A stretch of DNA of 64,000 bases from Candidatus Latescibacterota bacterium (GTDB taxonomy: Bacteria > Latescibacterota > UBA2968 > UBA8231). The notes below the pieces were generated by a model. That model was not told where the DNA came from, made no database searches, and saw nothing but the letters and a program-made list of their open reading frames with translations. Within the stretch, counting starts at the first letter, position 1. Each line of letters starts with the position of its first letter. Of the stretch, positions 9,860 to 18,967 are shown in pieces. Where the stretch lies: the NCBI GenBank assembly GCA_965219385.1, contig CBDCNM010000002.1, positions 1,916,936 to 1,980,935 on the forward strand, given 5' to 3'. The position numbers and the translations under genes were made by a program.

Positions 9860-9950
9860 TGGTGGTCGACACATCAGCGCTCATTGCAATTATGGGCGAT
9901 GAACCCGAACGAAGGGCCTTCAATGAACTGATCGATGCGGCGACGGCCAT
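9856..9950 (+). pseudogene. vapC: Truncated VapC PIN toxin (N-terminal ~30 aa only)
   Basis: 'MVVDTSALIAIMGDEPERRAF', after which PIN similarity is lost and the ORF runs into the opposite-strand ATPase. Confidence 0.75.
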
Positions 9951-10013
9951 TTCGGAGCGAGCGCGCAAAGCGCCCGATGCCGGCGAGACATCGGGCGCTT
10001 TGCTGGGTGGGCC

Positions 10014-11177
10014 TCACTGGCTGCTCAAGATACCGCCGAGTTCCTGGATTGAAATCGCCTCGGTGTTTCGGTCGATCGGGAATCGCTCCGAACCTGGATA
10101 GATAGCGTAGCGCCGGACCGGCTTCAGGTCTTCGCAGGCAATGTGGTATCCTTTGCTGAGCTTCGGAGCCCCGGAATATTTGATTTCAATGGCCCAGAGG
10201 GTTTGATCCGGCGGTTGCAGCAGCAGATCGATTTCAGCGCCCGCGGCGGTGCGGTAGAAATAGACTTCCCATTCCTCAGGCGCCTGGTTGAGCGCGTTTT
10301 CGAGGGCGAATCCCTCCCAGCTGGCGCCGAGAACAGGATGGCCCAGCAAGCTCTCCTTGTCGGCAATGCCCAAAAGCGCGTGCAGGAGGCCGCTGTCCCG
10401 AATGTAGACCTTGGGCGCTTTGACCAGGCGCTTGCCGACATTCGCGTGATAGGGTCGAAGTCGCCGGACCAGGAGAAGATCGACCATGAGATCGAGATAG
10501 TTACTGACGGTTTTGCCGTCTACAGCGAGACTTCGAGCGAGATTGGAGGCATTGAGCAAGCCGCTCTGGGCGTGGGCCAGCATGGTCCAGAAACGACGTA
10601 GCGTTTCAGCGGCAATGCGCGGACCCAAGAGGGGGATATCGCGTTCGAGATAGGTGCGGATGAAATTCCGCCGCCAGCGCAGACTCAGGGTGTCGCTCTT
10701 TGCCAAGAAGCTGACAGGGAATCCCCCTCTGAGCCAGAGCTGGTCCATGGGCGACGATGCGATTTCGCCCGCGTGAAAGGGAGCGAGTTCGGTATAGGCG
10801 ATGCGACCGGCGAGGGATTCACTGGATTGCTTGAGCAGGTCGGTCGAGGCGGAGCCCAGAATGAGGAACTGACCTGTCTTTCGCCCGCCCCGAATTCCTT
10901 TATCGATAAGTCCTCTCAGACTCTCGAATAAACCGGGCATTCGCTGGGTTTCATCCAGAATGACGAGCTTGTCCGCGTGTTCGCTCAGGTAGAGCTCGGT
11001 ATTCTGGAGCCTGGCTCGATCTGTTTCCGACTCGAGGTCCAGGTAGAGGGAAGGCCTCGTTTTGCCGATCTCCAAAGCCAGCGTCGTCTTCCCAACCTGT
11101 CGCGCCCCCAGGAGTGCCACCGCAGGTAATGAATCGATGAGTTCCTGGATTTCATTGAGCTTGCTTCGTTCAATCAT
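10014..11177 (-). CDS. AAA family ATPase with DUF4143 C-terminal domain
   Basis: GARQVGKTT, ILDETQ, ILGSAS, YLERDI, PKVYIRDSG, EIDL...AIEIK. Confidence 0.9.
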   Translation of the reverse strand: MIERSKLNEIQELIDSLPAVALLGARQVGKTTLALEIGKTRPSLYLDLESETDRARLQNTELYLSEHADKLVILDETQRMPGLFESLRGLIDKGIRGGRKTGQFLILGSASTDLLKQSSESLAGRIAYTELAPFHAGEIASSPMDQLWLRGGFPVSFLAKSDTLSLRWRRNFIRTYLERDIPLLGPRIAAETLRRFWTMLAHAQSGLLNASNLARSLAVDGKTVSNYLDLMVDLLLVRRLRPYHANVGKRLVKAPKVYIRDSGLLHALLGIADKESLLGHPVLGASWEGFALENALNQAPEEWEVYFYRTAAGAEIDLLLQPPDQTLWAIEIKYSGAPKLSKGYHIACEDLKPVRRYAIYPGSERFPIDRNTEAISIQELGGILSSQ

Positions 11178-11306
11178 CCTTGTAAATTAGGAATATTATT
11201 CTTGATTTGCAATGACAAAAATCAGAATGGGATTGCCGAGTGGCTTGTGTGGTAGCATCGTTCGAATTAGCTTCACCTGTGACCTGACGCGGGAGACATA
11301 GGAGAC

Positions 11307-13775
11307 ATGTCTGGCATCACCTTGTCGAAGCAAGCTAGGGCGGTCATCATTGGCGCAGGCATCGCAGGTTGCAGCGTCGCATACCATCTGACGAAACTCG
11401 GCTGGCGGGACGTCGTTGTCGTCGAGCAAGGACCGCTGTTCGAGACCGGCGGCTCGACATCTCACGCCCCGGGCCTCGTTTTCCAGATCAACCCATCGAA
11501 GACCATGACAGGCTTCGCGCGCTACACGGTTGACCTTTGGAGACAGTTGGAACTCGAGGGTGAGCCATGCGCCAAGACCGTGGGTAGCCTTGAAGTGGCC
11601 TGGACGCAGGCGCGCCTCGCCGACCTGAAACGCAAGGCCGGGTATGGCATGAGTTGGGGCGTGGATGCCCATCTGCTCAGCGCCAACGAGGCACGCCGTC
11701 GGATTCCAATGCTGTCCGACCATATTTTGGGCGCGCTGTATGTCCCTTCCGACATCCAGACGAAGGCGACAAGGCCGGCTGAAGCGATGGCGCGAGAGGC
11801 TGAACGGAACGGCGCAACCTTCTACGGTAATGTCAAGGTTACCGACTTCGCTATCGTGGACGGCCGAATTGCGGCGGTCCATACCACGCACGGCGACATC
11901 AAGACGGAACTGGTAGTCGTTGCTGCCGGCATATGGGCCCCAAAGGTTGGCGGGCTTGCCGGTGTGTCCATCCCGCTGTCGCCGATGCAACATCTCTACG
12001 CCGTTACGACGCCACTGCGGGAACTCGCCGGGGCGACCGAGGAGATATCGCAGCCGCTCTTGCGCCACCAGGACGAGGCCGTGTACTTCCGGCAGGTCGG
12101 CGAGTGCTACGGCATCGGCTCATACCAGCACGAACCCCTTTTAGTAGATGCCAATGACATTCTCGACCACGAGGAAGCGCCGGTCGCTCCTGCCGAGATG
12201 CCGTTCACACCGCCTCACTTCGAGAAGGCGATGGCGGCGGCGGGGGAAGTGCTACCGAGCCTCAAGGGCGTGGGGTTGACGCGCAAGTTCAATGGCGTCT
12301 TCTCGTTCACCACCGACGGATTTCCCGTACTCGGCGAAGCGCCCCAGGTCCGCGGTTTCTGGTCGGCGCAGGCCGTCTGGATTACCCACGCCGGAGGCGT
12401 CGGCAAGGCGGTCGCTGAGTGGATCGTAAACGGCGAGCCGACCAGCGACCTGCGAGAGTGCGACATAAGGCGCTTCCATCCTCACGCATACAGCCGCCCC
12501 TACGTCCGCGCCCGGGCCGCTCAACAGTACCGTGAGGTGTATGACATCATCCACCCGCGACAGCAGATGGCCAACCCGCGAAACCTCCGGCTGACGTCGT
12601 TCTATACGCGACAGCAGGAGTTGGGCGGCGTCTTCTTCGAGAACGCGGGATGGGAGCGTCCCCAGTGGTACGTCGCGAACGAGGGTCTGCTCGACGCCCT
12701 CACCGTTACCGGCGCGTCACGAGCTGGCTGGGAGGCCCGAGAATGGTCGCCGACGATCGCCGCGGAACATGTCGCGACTCGCGAGAGAGTAGCCCTGTTC
12801 GACCTCACTCCCTTCGCCAAGTTCGAGGTGACCGGAGCCGGCTCGCTCGATGCGCTCCAGCGCCTTACTACCAATCAGATGAACCAGTCCGTCGGGACGA
12901 TCACCTACACGTATATGCTCACACCCCGGGGCGGAATCAAGTGCGACCTGACCGTGACGCGCCTCGGTGAGAACCGCTTCATGGTGGTCACGGGAGGAGC
13001 TATGGGACTCCATGATCTGGGCTGGATTCAGGCGCATTTACCGGACGACGGATCGGTCAGGGTGGCTGACATCTCGTCGGGGCTGTGCTGCATCGGCTTG
13101 TGGGGGCCAAGAGCGCGCGGCTTGCTGGCCCGGGTCTGTGAGGACGATGTAAGCGACGAGGGGTTCCCCTACTTGACCGCGAAGCCGATAAGGATCGCCG
13201 AGGTTCCCTCACTGGCACTGCGCATCTCATACGTAGGCGAACTCGGCTGGGAGATCTACGCCCCTACCGAGCAGGGCTTGCGGTTGTGGGATGTCCTGTG
13301 GGAGGCCGGCCAGCCGCTCGGAGTCATCGCGGCAGGTGGAGGCGCCTTCGACTCGTTGCGGCTGGAAAAAGGCTACCGATTGTGGGGTAACGACATCCAC
13401 ACCGAGTACAATCCTTACGAGGCGGGCACAGGTTTCGCGGTGAGGATGAAAAAGGGCGATTTTCTGGGCCGGGACGAGTTGAGGAAAATTCGCGCCCAGG
13501 GCCTGACGCGTAAGCTGTGCTGTATAACGCTGGACGACCCCAACGCCGTCGTTATGGGCAAGGAGCCCATCGTGAACGGCAACCGCGTGCTGGGCTACGT
13601 GACGAGCGCCAACTACGGCCACTCGATCGGCCTCGGTATCGCGTATGGCTACCTGCCCATGAACTACACCGAGGTGGGGACAAGCGTTGACATCCTCTAC
13701 TTTGGCGAGCGTCTTCAAGCAACGGTTGCGCAGGAGCCTCTGTACGACCCGGAAGGTAAGAAGATGAAGGCGTGA
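11307..13775 (+). CDS. FAD-dependent GcvT-family enzyme, dimethylglycine oxidase/dehydrogenase-like
   Basis: GAGIAG FAD motif, GGSTSHAPG, GWERP, SYVGELGWEIY, SLRLEKGY; 822 aa. Confidence 0.9.
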   Translation: MSGITLSKQARAVIIGAGIAGCSVAYHLTKLGWRDVVVVEQGPLFETGGSTSHAPGLVFQINPSKTMTGFARYTVDLWRQLELEGEPCAKTVGSLEVAWTQARLADLKRKAGYGMSWGVDAHLLSANEARRRIPMLSDHILGALYVPSDIQTKATRPAEAMAREAERNGATFYGNVKVTDFAIVDGRIAAVHTTHGDIKTELVVVAAGIWAPKVGGLAGVSIPLSPMQHLYAVTTPLRELAGATEEISQPLLRHQDEAVYFRQVGECYGIGSYQHEPLLVDANDILDHEEAPVAPAEMPFTPPHFEKAMAAAGEVLPSLKGVGLTRKFNGVFSFTTDGFPVLGEAPQVRGFWSAQAVWITHAGGVGKAVAEWIVNGEPTSDLRECDIRRFHPHAYSRPYVRARAAQQYREVYDIIHPRQQMANPRNLRLTSFYTRQQELGGVFFENAGWERPQWYVANEGLLDALTVTGASRAGWEAREWSPTIAAEHVATRERVALFDLTPFAKFEVTGAGSLDALQRLTTNQMNQSVGTITYTYMLTPRGGIKCDLTVTRLGENRFMVVTGGAMGLHDLGWIQAHLPDDGSVRVADISSGLCCIGLWGPRARGLLARVCEDDVSDEGFPYLTAKPIRIAEVPSLALRISYVGELGWEIYAPTEQGLRLWDVLWEAGQPLGVIAAGGGAFDSLRLEKGYRLWGNDIHTEYNPYEAGTGFAVRMKKGDFLGRDELRKIRAQGLTRKLCCITLDDPNAVVMGKEPIVNGNRVLGYVTSANYGHSIGLGIAYGYLPMNYTEVGTSVDILYFGERLQATVAQEPLYDPEGKKMKA

Positions 13776-13890
13776 GTTCCGAAATGAGGTGGCAAAGGCA
13801 CAAAAACGCTATAATTTAACCCTTGTATAACCCTTGCGCGTTACGTCATGTCGAATCGGTATAAAAAACCAAGCAACTGGAGGTTCTCAG

Positions 13891-15131
13891 GTGGCACAAA
13901 CTCTGGTAATCGACGGTCTCAAGCGGCGTAAATTGCCGATTAACCTCCGGCAGAGCGGGAACAGCGACGCCCAGATGCTGATATCTGCCCGCATCAGGAA
14001 GTCCCCGTGGTGGCACCTGTCAAAGGCGGCAGGCTGCTGGGCATATACGACTTACAATCACATGTACCATCCGCGCGCGTATGTCAAACCTGAGGATGGG
14101 GGACTGTTCGAGGAGTACAAGTACCTGACCGAACATGTCAGCATGTGGGATGTGGCAGTCGAGCGTCAGATCCAGGTCAAGGGTCCCGACGCCGCGGATT
14201 TTGTGAACACGCTCATCACCCGTGATGACACACCATGGTGCCGGCCATGCAAGCCCGTTACGTGATTCTGTGTAACCAGTACGGCGGCGTCATCAACGAT
14301 CCGGTGCTGCTGCGGGTGGCTGACGACGAGTTCTGGTTCAGTATTTCCGACTCTGATCTCCTGCTCTGGGCGCAAGGAGTCAACTCATCCGGCAAGTTCA
14401 ACGTCGACATCCACGAGATTGATGTGTCTCCAGTCCAGATACAGGGTCCCAAGTCAGTATTGCTGATGGAGAAGATGTTCGGCTCCCACATCAGGGAAAT
14501 CCCGTACTACCACCTGATTCACGACACGCTGAACGGCCATGCGGTCACGATTTCGCGCACGGGCTTCTCCGCCGAGGTCGGGTTCGAGGTCTACCTGCAC
14601 GAGGCCATGCTCCATGCCGACGACGTTTGGCCGTATATCCTGGAGCAGGGACAGGAGTTCAACCTGCGTGTGATCGCCCCCAGTCACGTCCGTCGCCTGG
14701 AGGCCGGAATCTTGTCCTACGGCCAGGACATGGACATAGAGAACAATCCATTTGAAATCCGGCTTGGCTGGCAGGTGGACCTGAATAAAGGGGGCTTCAT
14801 TGGAAAAGAGGCGCTGGCCAGAATCAAAAAAGAGGGCGTCAGTCAGCGACTGGTCGGCCTGAAGGCCGGCGGCGAGCCGATTACCTGGTACAACGAGGAT
14901 TTCTACCTTGTTAAGGACAGCGCTTCGGGCGACGACGTAGGCTACGTGACCAGCGCTTTCTGGTCTCCGAATATGGAGTCGAACATAGCGCTGGCCGTCA
15001 TGCCTCGGTCTCACTGGAGCAGGGGCACTCAAGTGAAGGTTCAGTTGCCAAAGGACGGCCTTGTGGCTGCCGAGGTGGTGCGGGTACCATTCATCGATCC
15101 AATCAAGGAGCGTCCCAAGAAGGCTCTGTGA
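13891..15131 (+). CDS. Aminomethyltransferase, DmdA (DMSP demethylase)-like; one frameshift near 14230
   Basis: Split between ORFs 13834..14265 and 14235..15131. Motifs YNHM, WDVAVERQ, NDPVLL, SISDSDLLLW, SRTGFSAEVGFE, RRLEAGILSYG. GTG at 13891 follows GGAGG. Confidence 0.75.
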
Positions 15132-15183
15132 AGTCCGGCGCAGCAACCGGCTTCGAGAGCACGATCTTGTCACAGAGGCACTT

Positions 15184-15582
15184 ATGAGTTCGCAGAGACC
15201 CATTATCATCAATCAAGCGGAGCTTGATTGGGAAGGTTGGGATGATCCAGATCTCGCCGCCAAAAGTCCAGTTCGCTGGAAGCTGCTTATCACAGGCGAA
15301 CGCGGTCCGAGTAGTGGACTCGTCACCGGCATAGCGGAGGTGCCGCCCGGCGCGTCGCTTTTGCCTCACCACCATGAACCTGAGGAAACCTATTATGTCG
15401 TCAGCGGCCATGGGCACATGGAGATTGACAATTGCGAGGCAGCACTCGCCCCTGGTTCAGCAGTCTACATCCCGCCCAACGCCAAGCATACCGTCCGTTG
15501 CACCGGACCCGAACCCCTAGTCTTTGTATTCTCCTTCGCGTGCGATTCCTTCGATCAAATCGCCTACCATTTCGAGGCGTAG
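15184..15582 (+). CDS. Cupin protein resembling DddW/DddK DMSP lyases
   Basis: VRWKLL...GIAEVPPG..L.PHHHEPEETYYV..G.G...ID...GSAVYIPPNAKH...GPEPLVF.F.FA.DSF.QI.Y.F follows the DddW pattern as recalled. Confidence 0.7.
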   Translation: MSSQRPIIINQAELDWEGWDDPDLAAKSPVRWKLLITGERGPSSGLVTGIAEVPPGASLLPHHHEPEETYYVVSGHGHMEIDNCEAALAPGSAVYIPPNAKHTVRCTGPEPLVFVFSFACDSFDQIAYHFEA

Positions 15583-15732
15583 CCGCCAGTTCGTGGGCAG
15601 GTGGCTGCCTTCGGCCTTGTGGCTGCCGCAGCTGGGATCATCTGGGTTGAATCAGCACCCATACGGACATCAGATTTTTGTCCAGGCCGCCGCTAGAACC
15701 AGCGCATGGGCACCCACAAAAAAGCCCGTCCT

Positions 15733-16650
15733 TTATAGCGAATACAGCGAAAACGAGAATCCTAAGCCCGGCGCCAAACCAAGATTGTTGTGAATCAGGA
15801 ATCGTATCTGCTTTAGGGAGTGGTCGAGCTTGCGCTGATTTCTGTAGGCCGCCGTACGGCCGGCTCCGAGTATGTTGGCATAATAAAAAATGCCCGTCAC
15901 CGCCGCGCTGAGGGCGGTGGCGAGATGACTCTGCTCGTCCAAGGCCCCGAGACGGAAGCTGGCATACGTCATATAGGCAAAACTATTGACCAGAATAAAC
16001 GCCTGTGCCCCATCGTAGTAATGGCGGGCATAGAGCTGGCCGAGACCCGGGCACAATGCGGAGAGTATCGACGCAGTACGGGCACTTCGACGCGAGTCTC
16101 TGTACGTGGCGATTTCCCGCAGGATTTCCTTTGAGCCGAGCGCAATCGCGTCTCCTTCGCGGTCCTCTACAATCGACCTGAGTATGTGAGAGGCCGCCGC
16201 GAATTCGCCCTGCTGAATTGAGCTATATGCGGCCCAAACCAATCCCGCCCCGTCGCTTTTCATACGCTCGGCCAGCGAAAAACTCGCAACTGCTTTATTG
16301 TAGCGTCCGAGTTGCAGATAGCTCGCGCCGAGGTACATCTGCGCCCGGTAGAGAAGCGTATCGGCGGCGGCATCAGCAATGTAGCGCTCCAAGTATTCTA
16401 CCGAGGATTGGTACTTCCTGCTCTTTTGGTACGCTTCGCCAATTTTGAAGATGCACAGGGCCTTCGTTTTGGGATCGTCCGCAAAATAAGCTGCCTGTTT
16501 GAGCACGGAGATGCCGCGATAATAGTCCCGCTGCGCTACCAGGCTATTGGCGTAACCGAGCAGTTCTTCGCCGGACGCTGCGCCGTCCCCCAGCAGCGTC
16601 CGGGGAACGGACAACAGCACGACATATATGACGATTATCTTATTCTGCAA
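15733..16650 (-). CDS. Exported TPR-repeat protein with C-terminal membrane segment
   Basis: Signal peptide, TPR-like helices, 'LSALCPGLGQLYA' motif. Confidence 0.75.
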   Translation of the reverse strand: MQNKIIVIYVVLLSVPRTLLGDGAASGEELLGYANSLVAQRDYYRGISVLKQAAYFADDPKTKALCIFKIGEAYQKSRKYQSSVEYLERYIADAAADTLLYRAQMYLGASYLQLGRYNKAVASFSLAERMKSDGAGLVWAAYSSIQQGEFAAASHILRSIVEDREGDAIALGSKEILREIATYRDSRRSARTASILSALCPGLGQLYARHYYDGAQAFILVNSFAYMTYASFRLGALDEQSHLATALSAAVTGIFYYANILGAGRTAAYRNQRKLDHSLKQIRFLIHNNLGLAPGLGFSFSLYSL

Positions 16651-17149
16651 TTTCGTCTCGCTTGTCAGACAAGTAGAAAGAATCGTCCAATTTCAGCTTA
16701 ATGCGGTTGTTTCTCCAGGTTTCGCGCAGGGGGTAGAGTTGCAGTGCGCCCACGTGCTCGCGGAAAAAGTGCCGGTCAATGAACAGAGCAACTCCCCGGA
16801 CAAAGCCGAATCGCTCTACCGCCTTTTCGGCAAAGTGGGAACATGAAATGTGGAATGGACAGCGGTCGGTTGATTGGCTCGCTATGCGCCGTCGGTAGAA
16901 TTGAATGGCCGATTGAGCGACCGATTTGAGCAAGACCGGAGGCTGGGACCGTTTGTCAAGGCGGCTAGGATCGCCTACAGGTAGCTCCTCTGGCTCCCAC
17001 GGTACTTCGATCTCGGAGGCGTACTCAGCAGAAAGACCACTGAGCGGGAAAGACATAAAAATCAGACTGGCGATGTATATAGCCCGCACCAACCGCCAAG
17101 CACCGCACAACGAGAACCGCGACCAAGTGGAATGATCTTGTTTGAACAA
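16640..17149 (-). CDS. YidD-like (membrane protein insertion efficiency factor domain) protein
   Basis: 'AIQFYRRRIASQ..RCPFHISCSHFAEKAVERFGFVRG...DR' YidD motif. Start uncertain. Confidence 0.7.
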   Translation of the reverse strand: MFKQDHSTWSRFSLCGAWRLVRAIYIASLIFMSFPLSGLSAEYASEIEVPWEPEELPVGDPSRLDKRSQPPVLLKSVAQSAIQFYRRRIASQSTDRCPFHISCSHFAEKAVERFGFVRGVALFIDRHFFREHVGALQLYPLRETWRNNRIKLKLDDSFYLSDKRDEIAE

Positions 17150-17172
17150 ACCACGTCAGCTTAAACAAAAAT

Positions 17173-17214
17173 GAACGGATCGCAGGGAGAAGGCTGATCC
17201 CCTGCGATCCGTTC
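17173..17214. terminator. Strong hairpin, probable terminator
   Basis: GAACGGATCGCAGGG...CCCTGCGATCCGTTC forms a perfect 15-bp stem, followed by a T-rich run on the minus strand. Confidence 0.65.
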
Positions 17215-17287
17215 CTATATGAGGCAAAATATGAGGCGAAGAGGTGCGGATTGGCTCTAGTCCGTACCCTTATCCTCTTACGTCGTC

Positions 17288-17398
17288 TCAGTTGGCCGAT
17301 ACCGGCGTCATCTCAACAGTGGCGTACTGCTGCGTACCGTCCTCATCGACAATGGCCAAGAAGGCGTAAAGGGCAGAACCGTTTCCATTCAAGAGATA
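17288..17398 (-). pseudogene. 3' remnant of an unknown gene cut by the low-GC insert
   Basis: Reads YLLNGNGSALYAFLAIVDEDGTQQYATVEMTPVSAN*; no start codon; composition changes abruptly at ~17400. Confidence 0.4.
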
Positions 17399-17469
17399 AT
17401 ATACTAATTTGGGGGTTGTTTTGCAGGGAAAAGGTGGAAAAAGGAGAAAAGAAAAATGGCTAGAAAATA

Positions 17470-18009
17470 TTATATATATAATCCTCTCATATCATCCACG
17501 CCTTCAAGTCTTACTGGATCGGTATATAAATCGACGACCTTTCTACTGTTGGATCCAAATTTTTCTTCTTTGTAGCGAAATAAAGTACGGATAACACCTT
17601 CTTTTTTATCATAATAATGAAATGCTCTACAATTAAAATCGGTTACCCATTCAACATAGGAACCTTCTTCATAATCTTTCATAATATCTTTAACAAGTTT
17701 TTTAAAACGATTAAATTCTATTGTAATTATATTACCACTTGACAATAGTTTTTCTTCTTCTGGTTTCCCGTCGTTTTCTGCTTCAACACTTATAAATCCG
17801 CAAACTTCGTGGGTGGTCCATTTCGGCTCAAAGTATTCTTTTGCCTTCTCGTAAATAAAGTAATGCTTGTTATCGTCCTCATTTTCTCCTTGTTTGGGCC
17901 TTATCTTTCTTTTCCACCTCCATCTTTTGGACCCTATCCATCCTGCTTTCATAATCGGAGCAGATATTATAGAAGTCGCTACTCTAGTTATAACTATTGC
18001 AATATCCAT
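17470..18009 (-). CDS. Hypothetical protein, very AT-rich (foreign)
   Basis: 179-aa ORF in a strongly AT-rich block. Confidence 0.6.
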   Translation of the reverse strand: MDIAIVITRVATSIISAPIMKAGWIGSKRWRWKRKIRPKQGENEDDNKHYFIYEKAKEYFEPKWTTHEVCGFISVEAENDGKPEEEKLLSSGNIITIEFNRFKKLVKDIMKDYEEGSYVEWVTDFNCRAFHYYDKKEGVIRTLFRYKEEKFGSNSRKVVDLYTDPVRLEGVDDMRGLYI

Positions 18010-18080
18010 GCCTTAATCCCCTATAATTTCCTTGTAACACAAAAAACCTAATCTCTGTGGTGGAGCTTAATTGACCTCAT

Positions 18081-18632
18081 TTCATCCCTTGGGTCTGATG
18101 CCCCGTAGCTTGCTACGCTCCCGTGTGAGGCACTATACTCCTCCTCATGAGCGCGCATATTTTCAAGAGCCACAAGGTCTCACTTTTGGTCTACCCCCTC
18201 GTTTGCCCGGCCCAATACCGGAGGGTCGTGTTCAACCCAGAGGTGGATGCGGTATTGCAGAATATTTGTGTAGAGCTTTCGGATCGCTATGAGATCCGAT
18301 TTTTGGAGATTGGTACCGATAAAGATCATGTCCATTTCCTCGTCCAGTCGGTGCCCACCTATAGTCCGAAGAAAATCGTCCAGGTGATCAAAAGTTTGAC
18401 GACTCGGGAAGTCTTCAAGCGGCTCCCTGCGATCAAACAACAGCTATGGGGCGGTCCGTTTTGGTCGGACGGCTATTACATAGCTACCGTAGGCCAGCAT
18501 GTCCGTGAAGATGTGGTCCGCCAATATGTTAAAAAACAAGGCACTCAGGCCGATTACAAGCAGTTACATCAGGAGCAACTGTCGCTATTCTAACTCCTGA
18601 TACCCCGCAGCTTGCTGCGGGAAGGCTTCATT
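18081..18632 (+). mobile_element. IS200/IS605-family element
   Basis: Subterminal hairpins CTGATGCCCCGTAGCTTGCTACG (~18095) and CTGATACCCCGCAGCTTGCTGCGGG (~18597) flank tnpA; TTCAT occurs at both ends. Ends approximate. Confidence 0.8.
18147..18593 (+). CDS. tnpA: IS200 Y1 transposase
   Basis: HUH motif DHVHFL, KSLTTRE, LWGGPFWSDGYY, YVKKQ. Confidence 0.9.
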   Translation: MSAHIFKSHKVSLLVYPLVCPAQYRRVVFNPEVDAVLQNICVELSDRYEIRFLEIGTDKDHVHFLVQSVPTYSPKKIVQVIKSLTTREVFKRLPAIKQQLWGGPFWSDGYYIATVGQHVREDVVRQYVKKQGTQADYKQLHQEQLSLF

Positions 18633-18877
18633 TGTATTAATAATACAAGGGCAATAACGCATGTCAACCTTTTTTTCTTTGCCTTGTTTCCTGTTGTCGC
18701 CTGGTCTACCTTTAGGGTGTCTCTCTTCGGCAGAATCCCGCATTTTGTCGGGTTTTCTGCTCAATACAACAGCCCAATAACATCTGGCCTCATGAACCGG
18801 GTGGAGTAAATAGGCAGGCTTTCGTATATCTCTGCGCGAAGAGGGACCGGCCCGACAACCCTTGTCAGGGTACCGTT

Positions 18878-18967
18878 TCCTTTCACCACGCGCGCGGAGG
18901 TCCCTCTGCCGTCGTCGAACTCGTCCTGGCGCTGGCTGTCCTTTCACCACGCGCGCGGAGGTCCCTC
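18878..18967 (+). repeat. Two identical 29-nt repeats separated by 32 nt (minimal CRISPR-like unit or duplicated leader)
   Basis: TCCTTTCACCACGCGCGCGGAGGTCCCTC at 18878-18906 and 18939-18967; period 61. Confidence 0.8.

Noticed and set aside
18878..18967. A functional CRISPR-Cas locus
   Set aside because: Only two repeats, no clear leader and no cas genes in the window; kept only as a repeat and a hypothesis.
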